Source: an uncultured Muribaculaceae bacterium
GTDB taxonomy: Bacteria; Bacillota_I; Bacilli_A; RF39; UBA660
Length of the DNA: 44,360 nt
Direction: 5' to 3'
Assembly: GCA_964605575.1 (NCBI GenBank)
Contig: CAZSDG010000002.1
Location: forward strand, 1-44,360
The notes beneath the pieces were generated by a model that had not been told where the DNA came from, did no database searches, and saw nothing but the letters and a program-made list of their open reading frames with translations. Every line of letters begins with the position of its first letter. Positions within the stretch are counted from its first letter, which is position 1. Made by a program: the position numbers and the translations under genes. Below, piece by piece: positions 27,030 through 37,067 of this stretch.

Positions 27030-28859
27030 ATGAATTTTGATATTATTGTTGTTGGAGCTGGTCATGCTGGATGTGAAGCTGCTTACAGTTCTAGTAAGTT
27101 AGGTTTTAATGTTGCTTTAATTACAAGTAATATTAATAATATTGCTGATATGGCTTGTAATCCTTCAATTGGTGGGACTGCTAAAGGTGTTGTTGTAAGA
27201 GAAATAGACGCCTTAGGTGGAATAATGGGTAAAATAGCTGATAAATCTCATATTCAAATCAAAATGTTAAATTCAGGAAAAGGTCCAGCAGTTCAATCAT
27301 TAAGAAGTCAAGCAGATAAAGTAAAATATCCAAAAAATATGTTAAATCATTTCAAAAATATAGAAAATATTACTATTATTGAAGAAATGATAGAAGATAT
27401 TATAGTAGAAGATAATATGGTAAAAGGGGTTATTTCTTCAGTAAATAATGAATATTATTCAAAAGTAGTAATTTTAACAACAGGAACATATTTAAAAGCA
27501 AGTGTCCTAATAGGTGATCAAAAAATAGATGAAGGACCACATGGTGAAAAACGATCAGAAACATTAAGTGATAAGCTTAAAAAAATAGGATTTACTATTC
27601 AAAGACTAAAAACTGGAACTCCACCTAGAATTGATAAAGATTCCGTTGATTTTTCTGTTTTAAAAGAAGAATTAGGGGACAATATTCACAGATATTTTAG
27701 TTTTGATAATCAAACCCCCTATGATATTAATAAACAAGAAAAATGTTATTTGCTTTATACTAATGATAAAACTCATGAAATAATAAATAAAAATTTAAAC
27801 AAATCTAGTATGTACGGTGGTTTTGTAACTGGAATTGGACCTAGATATTGTCCGTCTATTGAAGATAAAATTGTCCGTTTTTCTGATAAAGAAAGACATC
27901 AATTATTTTTAGAACCAGAAAGTTTGTATTATGATGAACTATATTTACAAGGCTTATCAACCAGTATGCCAAAGGATGTTCAAGAAGAATTAGTTCATAG
28001 TATTAAAGGTTTAGAAAATGCAAAAATAGTTAAATATGCATACGCGATTGAATACGATGCGATTGATCCTTTACAAATATATCCAACATTAGAAACAAAA
28101 CTTGTTAAAAATCTCTTTACAGCTGGTCAAATTAATGGTACAAGCGGATATGAAGAAGCTGCTTGTCAAGGTTTGATTGCTGGAATAAATGCGACAGCGA
28201 AACTATTAAATAAAGAACCATTAATTTTAAAAAGAAATGAAGCCTACATTGGGGTATTAATCGATGATTTAGTTACAAAAGGAACTCATGAACCATATCG
28301 ACTATTAACATCAAGAGCTGAATTTAGATTATTATTAAGACACGACAATGCTGATTTAAGATTAAGAAAATATGGTTATGATTATGGTTTAATTAATGAA
28401 AACCAATATAATAAACTAATTGAAAAAGAAGAAAATATTGAAGAATTAATTAAATTGTTAATAACAATGAAAGAAAAAATAATAATTAATGATATTGAAT
28501 ACAACAATAAATCATATTATCAATTACTTAAACACCCAGAAATAAAAATTAAGGATTTAATTCAAAATATTGAAAAAAAGTATAGTGAAGATGTTTATGA
28601 ACAAGTAGAAATTATGATTAAGTACGAAGGATATATTAAGAAAGCAAATAACGAGGCCCAAAAATTAATAAAATTAGAAGATAAACAAATACCTGATGAA
28701 TTGGATTATAACAAAGTGAAGAATTTAGCTTCAGAAGCGAGACAAAAACTTCAAAAGATAAAACCAAAGACAATAGGTCAGGCCTCTCGAATAAGTGGTG
28801 TAAATCCAGTTGATATATCGGTATTAATGGTATATATGAAGAAAGAATATGGAAAATGA
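27030..28859 (+). CDS. mnmG: tRNA uridine 5-carboxymethylaminomethyl modification enzyme MnmG
   Basis: FAD motif VVGAGHAGCEAA, GPRYCPSIEDK, AGQINGTSGYEEAA. Confidence 0.97.
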   Translation: MNFDIIVVGAGHAGCEAAYSSSKLGFNVALITSNINNIADMACNPSIGGTAKGVVVREIDALGGIMGKIADKSHIQIKMLNSGKGPAVQSLRSQADKVKYPKNMLNHFKNIENITIIEEMIEDIIVEDNMVKGVISSVNNEYYSKVVILTTGTYLKASVLIGDQKIDEGPHGEKRSETLSDKLKKIGFTIQRLKTGTPPRIDKDSVDFSVLKEELGDNIHRYFSFDNQTPYDINKQEKCYLLYTNDKTHEIINKNLNKSSMYGGFVTGIGPRYCPSIEDKIVRFSDKERHQLFLEPESLYYDELYLQGLSTSMPKDVQEELVHSIKGLENAKIVKYAYAIEYDAIDPLQIYPTLETKLVKNLFTAGQINGTSGYEEAACQGLIAGINATAKLLNKEPLILKRNEAYIGVLIDDLVTKGTHEPYRLLTSRAEFRLLLRHDNADLRLRKYGYDYGLINENQYNKLIEKEENIEELIKLLITMKEKIIINDIEYNNKSYYQLLKHPEIKIKDLIQNIEKKYSEDVYEQVEIMIKYEGYIKKANNEAQKLIKLEDKQIPDELDYNKVKNLASEARQKLQKIKPKTIGQASRISGVNPVDISVLMVYMKKEYGK

Positions 28860-29572
28860 AAGAAGAACAATTTATTGAGAAGTTAAAAGAACTTCAGATT
28901 GAAATTACAAATGATCAGTTAGAAAAACTAAATATATATTATGAGTTTCTTGTTGAATATAATAAAAAAGTTAACTTAACAGCAATCGTTGAAAGAGATG
29001 AAGTATATTTAAAACACTTTTATGATTCACTAACACCAACAAAAATAATCGATTTTAGTAAAATAAATACTATGATTGATGTTGGAACAGGCGCTGGTTT
29101 TCCTGGAGTTGTACTTAAAATATTTTTTCCAAGTTTAAAATTGACATTATTAGATTCAAATAATAAAAAAACTATATTTCTTGAACAATTGCTAAATAAA
29201 TTAAAATTAATTGATGTTGAAGTAATTTGTTCAAGAAGTGAAATATTAGTTAAGAATTCCAAAAAAAGTTATGATCTGGTTGTTGCTAGAGCAGTAAAAA
29301 ACTTGGATGTACTTTTGGAACTGTGTTTGCCGCTAGTTAATAATGGTGGCCGTTTTCTTGCAATGAAAGGCAAATTAGATGGAGAACTTACGGACAATAT
29401 TTCAGTAATAAAATACTTTGATTGTGAGATTGAAAAGCATGTTAGTTTCAATCTCCCCGATCAATCAAACAGAAATTTATTACTAATAAAAAAACAAATT
29501 GATGCAAAAACAATTAAACCAAGAGAATATTCTCAAATAATTAAAAAACCATTGAAATATCTGGTAAAATAA
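28856..29572 (+). CDS. rsmG: 16S rRNA (guanine527-N7)-methyltransferase RsmG
   Basis: KHFYDSL, DVGTGAGFPG. ATGA overlap with mnmG. Confidence 0.93.
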   Translation: MKEEQFIEKLKELQIEITNDQLEKLNIYYEFLVEYNKKVNLTAIVERDEVYLKHFYDSLTPTKIIDFSKINTMIDVGTGAGFPGVVLKIFFPSLKLTLLDSNNKKTIFLEQLLNKLKLIDVEVICSRSEILVKNSKKSYDLVVARAVKNLDVLLELCLPLVNNGGRFLAMKGKLDGELTDNISVIKYFDCEIEKHVSFNLPDQSNRNLLLIKKQIDAKTIKPREYSQIIKKPLKYLVK

Positions 29573-29610
29573 AGTAATATTAAATATAGAATAATAAAAG
29601 AGGGGCAAAA

Positions 29611-30822
29611 ATGAATTCAAATTCACAAGTAATGGATATTTTTATTGAAGAAATAATTCCTAATCGTTTTCAACCACGACTTTCTTTTGATGAAAAAAAG
29701 ATTAATGAACTTGCAGCCTCGATTAAAGTACATGGAATAATACAACCTTTAGTTTTAAGACGTATTGGAGATAAATATGAAATAATCGCTGGTGAGAGAA
29801 GATTTAAAGCCGCGACAATGGTTGGTTTAAATAAAGTACCTGCAATTATTGTTGAAATGGATGATACAAAGAGTGCTGAAGTTGCACTTGTTGAAAATCT
29901 CCAAAGAAAAGATTTATCAGCAATAGAAACAGCAAAGTCATTTAAGAAAATCCTTGATATGGGACAGATGACACAAGAACAATTAGCAGAAAAAATGGGT
30001 GTTTCTCAATCCTCAGTGGCTAATAAACTTAGATTATTAAATCTTGATGAAAAAGTTCAACAAGCTTTATTAGAAGAAAAAATTTCAGAAAGACATGCAA
30101 GAAGTATGTTATCAACATCAGATTATAATCAACAGCAACAATTATTAGAAAAAGTTATTAATGAAAGATTAACCGTAAAACAACTCGATGAAGAAATTAA
30201 AACAATGTTGAAAGGAAACGGTATTGAAAAAGTGGAAGTTTTTGAAGAAGGTTCAAATGTAGAAAGTTTTGATTTATCAGAAAATGAAAATAATTCTGAA
30301 AAATTTGAGTTTTTTGACGAAAAAAAACCTGATATTATTGAAACGTCACCGAATCAAGAACCAATAAAAGAAGTTTTTAGTTTTGATGAACCAATAATTA
30401 ATACATTAGAAACTGCAAATCCAGAAAAAAGCATTTTTACTAATGGTGAACCAATTATTGACTTATCATCGAATAATGTTTCAGATAATTTGTCTAATGT
30501 TCAAAGTATCGAAGAAATGACAATTTTGACAGAAGCGGAAAAAGAACAAGCGGCTATTATTAATTTAGATCAAGCTATTAGTGAATTACAGCCAGATAAT
30601 GAGAATCCTGAACCACTTATTGTTTCAGAAAAACAACCAGAAGAACAAACAACAGAAGTAATTAAAGAAATAGAAATAAAAATTGATAAAAATAACTTTA
30701 GAACTGTTGAAGAGGCATTTGACAACTTAAAAAAAGACATAGAGAATGCTGGTTTAAGAATAGATATGGATACTTATAATTTTGAACAATACTATCAGTT
30801 GATAATTAAAGTTTATAAATAA
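29611..30822 (+). CDS. noc: ParB-family protein of the Noc (nucleoid occlusion) type, with a long acidic insertion
   Basis: IPNRFQPR, the GERRFKAA CTP-binding box, LVENLQRKDLS. The HTH region QSSVANKLRLLNL...ISERHAR and the C-terminus FEQYYQLIIKVYK resemble B. subtilis Noc (QSTIANKLRLLKL...ITERHAR, FEEYIQLTIRIPK, quoted from memory). It sits at the syntenic position after rsmG. Confidence 0.8.
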   Translation: MNSNSQVMDIFIEEIIPNRFQPRLSFDEKKINELAASIKVHGIIQPLVLRRIGDKYEIIAGERRFKAATMVGLNKVPAIIVEMDDTKSAEVALVENLQRKDLSAIETAKSFKKILDMGQMTQEQLAEKMGVSQSSVANKLRLLNLDEKVQQALLEEKISERHARSMLSTSDYNQQQQLLEKVINERLTVKQLDEEIKTMLKGNGIEKVEVFEEGSNVESFDLSENENNSEKFEFFDEKKPDIIETSPNQEPIKEVFSFDEPIINTLETANPEKSIFTNGEPIIDLSSNNVSDNLSNVQSIEEMTILTEAEKEQAAIINLDQAISELQPDNENPEPLIVSEKQPEEQTTEVIKEIEIKIDKNNFRTVEEAFDNLKKDIENAGLRIDMDTYNFEQYYQLIIKVYK

Positions 30823-30846
30823 GGAATTATTTATTCCTTTTTTTTA
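30821..30846 (+). terminator. Rho-independent terminator after the noc-like gene
   Basis: AAGGAAT-TATTT-ATTCCTT followed by a T-run. Confidence 0.7.
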
Positions 30847-30918
30847 TGAAATAAACTATAATGTTTTTGATATGAAATTATTTGTGATATAATTCATAGC
30901 AAATGAAAGGGGCAAAAT

Positions 30919-32526
30919 ATGATAAATATTATTAAAGAATCAATAAAAAACTCTTTATCAGATTTAAATATTGAAATAACAGAAGAAATAATAATAGATA
31001 TTCCTAAACAAAAAGAAAACGGAGATTATTCAAGTAATATTTGCTTGAAATTAGCATCAAAAAATCAATTGTTACCAATGGAAATGGCTGAAAGGTTAAA
31101 ATTAAACATCAAAAATTCTAATATAGCAAAAATAGAAGTAAAACATCCTGGATTCCTTAATTTTTTTGTTAACAAAAAATATTTATTAGATAATATTAAT
31201 AAAATTTTAGAATTAGGTAGTAAATATGGCAGTAGTAACATTGGAAGTAATCAAAAAGTTAACTATGAATATGTTAGTGCTAATCCTACCGGAATTTTAC
31301 ATATGGGTAATGCTAGAGGTGGAGCTTATGGTGATAATATGGCTAGAATACTATCTTTTTCTGGTTATGCTGTTACAAGAGAGTATTATATTAATGATGC
31401 AGGAAACCAAGTTAATAACCTTGGACTTTCATTAAAAACTCGATATTTATCATTATGTGGAATTGATTCTCCAATGCCAGAAGATGGTTATTTTGGTGAA
31501 GAAATAAAAGACTTAGCCAAAAAACTATATACAAATCATTCGGCGGAATTAATTGAAACAGAAACCACTTTTTTTTCTGACTATGCTGTAAAAGAATTGA
31601 TTAGTAAAATAATCGCGGATTTAAAATTATATGGGGTTGAATTTGATGTTTTAACAAGCGAAAAGTCTATATATGAGAAATATCCAATGGAAAAATTAAT
31701 CGAAGACTTAGAAAAAAAAGGTCTAACATATTGCCAAGAAGGAGCAACCTGGTTTAAATCTTCTGAACTAATGGATGATAAAGATCACGTATTAATTAAA
31801 AAAGATGGAAATTATACTTATTTAGTACCAGATATTGCATATCATCAAGATAAAATAAACAGAGGATTTACTAAGTTGGTGGATATATTAGGCACAGATC
31901 ATCACGGTTATGTAAATAGAATTAAGTCGGGTTTAATGGCCTTAGGTCACAATCCTGAAATATTAGATATCAAACTATTACAGTTAGTTAGACTGATAAA
32001 AGATGGCCAAGAGGCAAAGATGAGCAAAAGAACGGGAATAGGAATTTCATTAAGAGAATTAGTCGAAGAAATTGGTGTAAATGCCGCAAGATACTATTTT
32101 GCATCTAGAAGTTTAGATACCCAAATGGAAATTGACTTAGATTTGGCTGTAAAAAAATCTAATGAAAATCCTGTGTACTATGTTTCTTATGCATATGCAA
32201 GAATTTGCTCGATATTATCTAACTTTAAAATAGAAAAAAAAGAAGACTATTCACAACTAAATTTAACTAAAACTGCTGATATATTGGAAAAAATATACTA
32301 TTTTCCAAAAATAGTTGAAGATGCAGCTTTAAAAGAAATGCCACATTTGATAACAAATTATGTTTATGACCTTGCAACTTCTTTTCATAGCTTGTATAAT
32401 GAATATCGATTTATTGATGAAGATGATAACATAACGCAAATAAATATGAATTTACTTCAAGCAATAAAAGTAACAATGAATAACGCACTTAAACTGATTG
32501 GTGTAACGCCACCAGAAAAAATGTAG
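30919..32526 (+). CDS. argS: Arginine--tRNA ligase
   Basis: Class I motifs: HMGNARG (HIGH-like) and KMSKR. Confidence 0.95.
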   Translation: MINIIKESIKNSLSDLNIEITEEIIIDIPKQKENGDYSSNICLKLASKNQLLPMEMAERLKLNIKNSNIAKIEVKHPGFLNFFVNKKYLLDNINKILELGSKYGSSNIGSNQKVNYEYVSANPTGILHMGNARGGAYGDNMARILSFSGYAVTREYYINDAGNQVNNLGLSLKTRYLSLCGIDSPMPEDGYFGEEIKDLAKKLYTNHSAELIETETTFFSDYAVKELISKIIADLKLYGVEFDVLTSEKSIYEKYPMEKLIEDLEKKGLTYCQEGATWFKSSELMDDKDHVLIKKDGNYTYLVPDIAYHQDKINRGFTKLVDILGTDHHGYVNRIKSGLMALGHNPEILDIKLLQLVRLIKDGQEAKMSKRTGIGISLRELVEEIGVNAARYYFASRSLDTQMEIDLDLAVKKSNENPVYYVSYAYARICSILSNFKIEKKEDYSQLNLTKTADILEKIYYFPKIVEDAALKEMPHLITNYVYDLATSFHSLYNEYRFIDEDDNITQINMNLLQAIKVTMNNALKLIGVTPPEKM

Positions 32527-32536
32527 GAGGAATAAT

Positions 32537-32965
32537 ATGGAAAAATTAACTTATGATGAATTGGAATTAATGTCTTATGACGATATAGCTTATGAAATTT
32601 TAAGAGAAAAAGGTTCAAAAATGACAATAAAAGACTTATTTTCTCAAATAATTAAACTTTTAGGCCTACCAAAGGAAGAATACGAAAATCACGTAGGTGA
32701 CTTTTTTGAAATTTTATCAACAGATAAAAGATTTATTATGTTAGAAAAAGGATTTTGGGATTTAAGAGTAAATCATAGTCATAAAATTAAAATTGAAGAA
32801 GACGATGAAGACTTTATAGATGATTTAGATATTGAAGAAGTTGAAGAAACAGAAACAGAGGAAGAAGAAATTGATGAAGATGTCGATCCAGAAGATGATG
32901 AAGCTGAGGATGATTTAAAAGATTTAACGGTAATTTCTGAAGATGAAGAAGATGATTTAATGTAG
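32537..32965 (+). CDS. rpoE: DNA-directed RNA polymerase delta subunit
   Basis: N-terminal HARE-HTH (MSYDDIAYEILREKG...FWDLR) plus a polyacidic C-terminal tail. Confidence 0.88.
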   Translation: MEKLTYDELELMSYDDIAYEILREKGSKMTIKDLFSQIIKLLGLPKEEYENHVGDFFEILSTDKRFIMLEKGFWDLRVNHSHKIKIEEDDEDFIDDLDIEEVEETETEEEEIDEDVDPEDDEAEDDLKDLTVISEDEEDDLM

Positions 32966-32998
32966 CAGGTCCTTTTTAATTATAGAAAGGAAAAACTA

Positions 32999-34054
32999 AT
33001 GTTAGAAAGACTAGAAATAATAAATAATCGTTATCAAGAATTAATAGCTGAATTAAACAATCCAGATGTTTTAAGTGATTTCTCAAAAGTTAAAAAATTA
33101 TCAAAAGAACAAAGCGATTTAGAAGAAACGATTGAAAAATATAATAAATATAAAAAAGTTTTAAGTGATATTGAAGAGCTTAGTTTAATTTCAGATAATC
33201 CAGAGATGCTAGAAATAATTAAAGATGAAATTTCAATACTAACTATAGAAAAAAATAATCTTGAAGAAGAATTAGAAATATTATTAATACCTAAGGATGA
33301 AAACGATGGTAAAGATATCATCATGGAAATAAGAGGCGCAGCAGGTGGTGATGAAGCAAATATTTTTGCTGGCGATTTGTTTAGAATGTACTCAAAATAT
33401 GCTGAAAAAAACAATTGGAAAATCGAAGTTAATCACGAAGTTCATGGTTCAAGCGGTGGATTTGCTCAAATTGAGTTTTCTATTAAAGGTGAAAATGTAT
33501 ATTCAAAGTTGAAGTATGAAAGTGGATCACATCGTGTTCAAAGAATACCTGAAACTGAAACTCAAGGAAGAGTTCACACATCAACTTCTACAGTATTAGT
33601 AATGCCAGAAATTGATGATGTAGAAATTGAAATAAAAGAATCTGACTTAAAAATTGACGTTTTTCACAGTGGTGGAGCGGGTGGTCAATCTGTAAACACT
33701 ACAAACTCCGCAGTTAGAATTACCCACTTGCCAACAAATATTTCTGTTTCTTGTCAAAATGAAAGAAGTCAATTAAAAAATAAAGATAAAGCAATGCAAA
33801 TATTAAAGGTGAAAATATATGATGAACAACAAAGAAAACAAGAGGAACAAGTAGATGCTGATCGCCGAAGCAAAATAGGTACAGGAGATCGTTCTGAAAA
33901 AATTAGAACATATAATTATCCACAAAACAGGGTTACAGATCACCGTATTAATTTCAGTGTAATGAATTTAGACAAGGTTATGGAAGGCGAAATAGATAAT
34001 ATTATTGAAGCTCTAATAACGGAAGATCAAAGACTAAAATTAGAAGGTAAATAA
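32999..34054 (+). CDS. prfA: Peptide chain release factor 1
   Basis: GGQ motif ([12 protein letters not shown]) and the RF1 region [17 protein letters not shown]. Confidence 0.96.
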   Translation: MLERLEIINNRYQELIAELNNPDVLSDFSKVKKLSKEQSDLEETIEKYNKYKKVLSDIEELSLISDNPEMLEIIKDEISILTIEKNNLEEELEILLIPKDENDGKDIIMEIRGAAGGDEANIFAGDLFRMYSKYAEKNNWKIEVNHEVHGSSGGFAQIEFSIKGENVYSKLKYESGSHRVQRIPETETQGRVHTSTSTVLVMPEIDDVEIEIKESDLKIDVFHSGGAGGQSVNTTNSAVRITHLPTNISVSCQNERSQLKNKDKAMQILKVKIYDEQQRKQEEQVDADRRSKIGTGDRSEKIRTYNYPQNRVTDHRINFSVMNLDKVMEGEIDNIIEALITEDQRLKLEGK

Positions 34055-34055
34055 A

Positions 34056-34796
34056 ATGCAAAAACCAGATAATATATCAGATTTAGACTGGAAAGAACTA
34101 ATTAATAAAAATAAAAATATAACCATTAAAACTATCAAAAAAATCAACAGTGGTTATCCAATTCAATATTTAATTGGAGATGTTGATTTTTTTGACTGTA
34201 TTATTGAAGTAAACAAACATGTATTAATCCCTAGATTTGAAACAGAATTACTAGTTGAAAAGGCTATTAAAGAAATCAAACAAAAATTTAAAAAAAATAT
34301 TGATATTATTGATTTTGGAACTGGTTCTGGCTGTATTGCAATTAAATTGGCAAAAGAATTCCCAAATAATAATGTAACCGCGATTGATAAATCAAAAAAA
34401 GCTATAAAATTGGCGAAAAAAAATGCTATATTAAATGAGGTAACAATAAATTTTCTAATTAGTAAATTTAATAAATATGAAGGTGGCTTATTTGACGTTT
34501 TAATAAGTAATCCGCCATATATCCCAAAGGATGGTATGATTGATATCAATGTCCAAAAACATGAGCCAAAACTCGCTTTATTCGCCAAAGATAAGGGTTT
34601 ATATTATTACAACCAAATATTAGAAAAATCCAAAGAAATAATGAAAGAAAAAAACATAATCTTTTTTGAAATTGGTTATGATCAAAAAGAACCGTTAGAA
34701 AAAATAATAAGAAAATATTACCCAAAAGCAAAAATAGTATTTGATAAAGATTATAATAATCTAGACCGTTTTTGTACCATTTATAATAATGTTTGA
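34056..34796 (+). CDS. prmC: Release factor glutamine methyltransferase PrmC/HemK
   Basis: DFGTGSGCIA SAM motif and NPPY catalytic motif. Follows prfA. Confidence 0.9.
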   Translation: MQKPDNISDLDWKELINKNKNITIKTIKKINSGYPIQYLIGDVDFFDCIIEVNKHVLIPRFETELLVEKAIKEIKQKFKKNIDIIDFGTGSGCIAIKLAKEFPNNNVTAIDKSKKAIKLAKKNAILNEVTINFLISKFNKYEGGLFDVLISNPPYIPKDGMIDINVQKHEPKLALFAKDKGLYYYNQILEKSKEIMKEKNIIFFEIGYDQKEPLEKIIRKYYPKAKIVFDKDYNNLDRFCTIYNNV

Positions 34797-34819
34797 ACGT
34801 AAATAAAAGGTTAAAATAA

Positions 34820-34848
34820 TTGACTTTAGGTTGACTTCATTATATATT
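34820..34848 (+). promoter_or_regulatory. Sigma-A promoter for fba (TTGACT-17 nt-TATATT)
   Basis: -35 at 34820..34825 and -10 at 34843..34848, followed by RBS GGTGAT and the ATG at 34864. Confidence 0.65.
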
Positions 34849-34863
34849 TTAAGTGGTGATAGT

Positions 34864-35706
34864 ATGGAAAGAATGGATGACATATTAGCATTAGCTAAGC
34901 AAGGTAAATATGCAATTCCTCAATTTAATATAAATAACTTAGAGTGGGCAAAAAACATTTTAGAGGCTTGTCAACAAGAAAAGAGCCCTGTTTTTCTTGG
35001 AGTGAGTACAGGTGCAGCAAAATATATGGGCGGTTATAATGTTGTTAGAAAAATGGTTGATGGTTTAATTGAAGACTTAGAACTGACAATTCCAGTAATT
35101 TTACATTTAGATCACGGAACTTCAGTAGAAGAATGTAAAAAAGCTATTGATGCTGATTTTAATTCAGTAATGATTGATGCTTCACATTATGACTTAGATA
35201 CTAATATTAAAATGACAAATGAAGTAATTAACTATGCAAAAACTCAGTTAATTGAAGCGGAACTTGGTACAATTGGTGGTGCTGAAGATGGAATTACGGG
35301 AAATCTACAATTTACAAATCTTGAAGATGCTGTAAAATTTACAAATAATGTAAAAGTAGACTTACTTGCCCCATCATTAGGAAGTGTACACGGACTATAT
35401 AAAAGTGAACCAAATATTCAATTTGATTTAATGAATCAAATTTTTAATGCAACAAATCTCCCCCTTGTTTTACATGGAGGAACAGGATTAAATGATGAAA
35501 TAATTAAAAAAAGTATTAGTTTAGGAATATGTAAAATAAATATTAACACAGAATTTCAAGTGGCTTGGAATAATGAAGTTCGTAAATTTATTGAAAATAA
35601 TCCTAACGAGTATGATCCTCGTAAGGTGATATCATCAGGTGCAGCAGCAATTAGAGACGTTGCTATTCAAAAGATTCGCTTATTGGGATCAAATAATAAA
35701 GGATAG
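34864..35706 (+). CDS. fba: Class II fructose-1,6-bisphosphate aldolase
   Basis: The track ORF starts at TTG 34831, inside the promoter. ATG 34864 has an RBS. Motifs AIPQFNINNLEW, LHLDHG, LVLHGGTG. Confidence 0.9.
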   Translation: MERMDDILALAKQGKYAIPQFNINNLEWAKNILEACQQEKSPVFLGVSTGAAKYMGGYNVVRKMVDGLIEDLELTIPVILHLDHGTSVEECKKAIDADFNSVMIDASHYDLDTNIKMTNEVINYAKTQLIEAELGTIGGAEDGITGNLQFTNLEDAVKFTNNVKVDLLAPSLGSVHGLYKSEPNIQFDLMNQIFNATNLPLVLHGGTGLNDEIIKKSISLGICKININTEFQVAWNNEVRKFIENNPNEYDPRKVISSGAAAIRDVAIQKIRLLGSNNKG

Positions 35707-35713
35707 TGATATA

Positions 35714-36970
35714 ATGAAAAAATTTATTATTGAAGGTGGTAATTTATTAACCGGTAACATTAAAATAAGTGGTTCAAAAAACAGTGCAGTTGCATTACTA
35801 CCGGCAGCAATATTATCTGATGATTTCTCTACCATATATAATGTTCCATCAATATCTGATACACACAATTTAATTCATATATTAGAATTGTTAGGTTGTG
35901 AAATCAAGTTTATGGATGATACTTTAGTGGTAAACTCTAAAAATCTTGAAAATAAAGTCATAGAAGAGCAAGAAGCATGCAAATTAAGAGCTTCATATTA
36001 CTTTATGGGAAGTCTTTTAGCAAAATTTAATAAAGTAGAAATGTATTTTCCGGGTGGATGTAATATTGGATCAAGACCAATAGATATACATTTAAAAGGA
36101 TTTGAAAAATTAGGTGCAAAAATCACCGCAAATGGAAATAAGTATTTAATTGAGGCAGAAGAGTTAGTAGGTGCAAATATTTATTTAGACTTTGCCAGTG
36201 TTGGAGCAACAATAAATTTAATGATTGCTTCTTCGAAAGCAAAAGGTATAACAATTATTGAAAATGCTGCTAAAGAACCTGAAATAGTCAATGTAGCAAC
36301 TTTTTTAAATAACATGGGAGCAAAAATAACTGGAGCCGGAACAAGCACTATTAAAATTGAAGGAGTAACTTCGCTTTCTAATGGAATTGTTGAAAATATT
36401 CCCGATCGAATTGAAGCTGGAACATACATAATAATAGGTGCATTAATTGGTCAAGATTTGGTAATTGAAGGTGTAATAAAAGAACACTTAGATGCATTAT
36501 TATCTAAATTAAAAGAAATGGGAGTAAATTTTAGCGTCTTTGGAAATTCGATAAAACTTTCAAAAGTTGATAATATGAAAGCGGTAAACATTAAAACACT
36601 TGTTTATCCCGGATTCCCAACTGACTTAGGTCAACCTATAAGCGTATTATTAACTCAATGTAATGGTAATTCTCTATTTGAAGAAACCATATTTGAGAAT
36701 AGACAAGGACATGTTGCTCATTTAAATAAAATGGGAGCAAACATATCTCCTTCAGGTCAAAATTTAATAATTAAGGGAAAATCCGAATTGAAAGGTGAAG
36801 AAGTTTGTTCAACAGATTTAAGAGCAGGCGCTTCATTAGTTTGCGCAGCTTTAATAGCTGATGGTACAAGCACAGTGAGAGAGATAGAACATATTCTAAG
36901 AGGATATGAAAATATTGTCGAAAAATTACAACACGTTGGAGCAAAAATAATTATTCAAGAAGAAATATAA
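35714..36970 (+). CDS. murA: UDP-N-acetylglucosamine 1-carboxyvinyltransferase
   Basis: Canonical N-terminus MKKFIIEGGNLLTGNIKISGSKNS at ATG 35714; the track ORF's 25-aa extension overlaps fba. Active-site region FPGGCNIGSRPID. Confidence 0.95.
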   Translation: MKKFIIEGGNLLTGNIKISGSKNSAVALLPAAILSDDFSTIYNVPSISDTHNLIHILELLGCEIKFMDDTLVVNSKNLENKVIEEQEACKLRASYYFMGSLLAKFNKVEMYFPGGCNIGSRPIDIHLKGFEKLGAKITANGNKYLIEAEELVGANIYLDFASVGATINLMIASSKAKGITIIENAAKEPEIVNVATFLNNMGAKITGAGTSTIKIEGVTSLSNGIVENIPDRIEAGTYIIIGALIGQDLVIEGVIKEHLDALLSKLKEMGVNFSVFGNSIKLSKVDNMKAVNIKTLVYPGFPTDLGQPISVLLTQCNGNSLFEETIFENRQGHVAHLNKMGANISPSGQNLIIKGKSELKGEEVCSTDLRAGASLVCAALIADGTSTVREIEHILRGYENIVEKLQHVGAKIIIQEEI

Positions 36971-36983
36971 GAATTAAAAAATG

Positions 36984-37011
36984 TTGCTTTATCGTTTTCT
37001 TGTGATATAAT
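36984..37011 (+). promoter_or_regulatory. Promoter for rpmE (TTGCTT-16 nt-TGaTATAAT)
   Basis: -35 at 36984..36989 and extended -10 at 37003..37011. A 7-bp inverted repeat (TTCTTGT/ACAAGAA) brackets the -10. Confidence 0.55.
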
Positions 37012-37067
37012 TGACAAGAACGGAATTACTATGACTGCTATTAGTCATGGCGGAAGGAGCAAATAAA

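Noticed and set aside
30823-30918. T-box or other leader riboswitch upstream of argS.
   Set aside because: The leader is only about 95 nt including the upstream terminator, which is too short for a T-box. No specifier or T-box sequence is seen.
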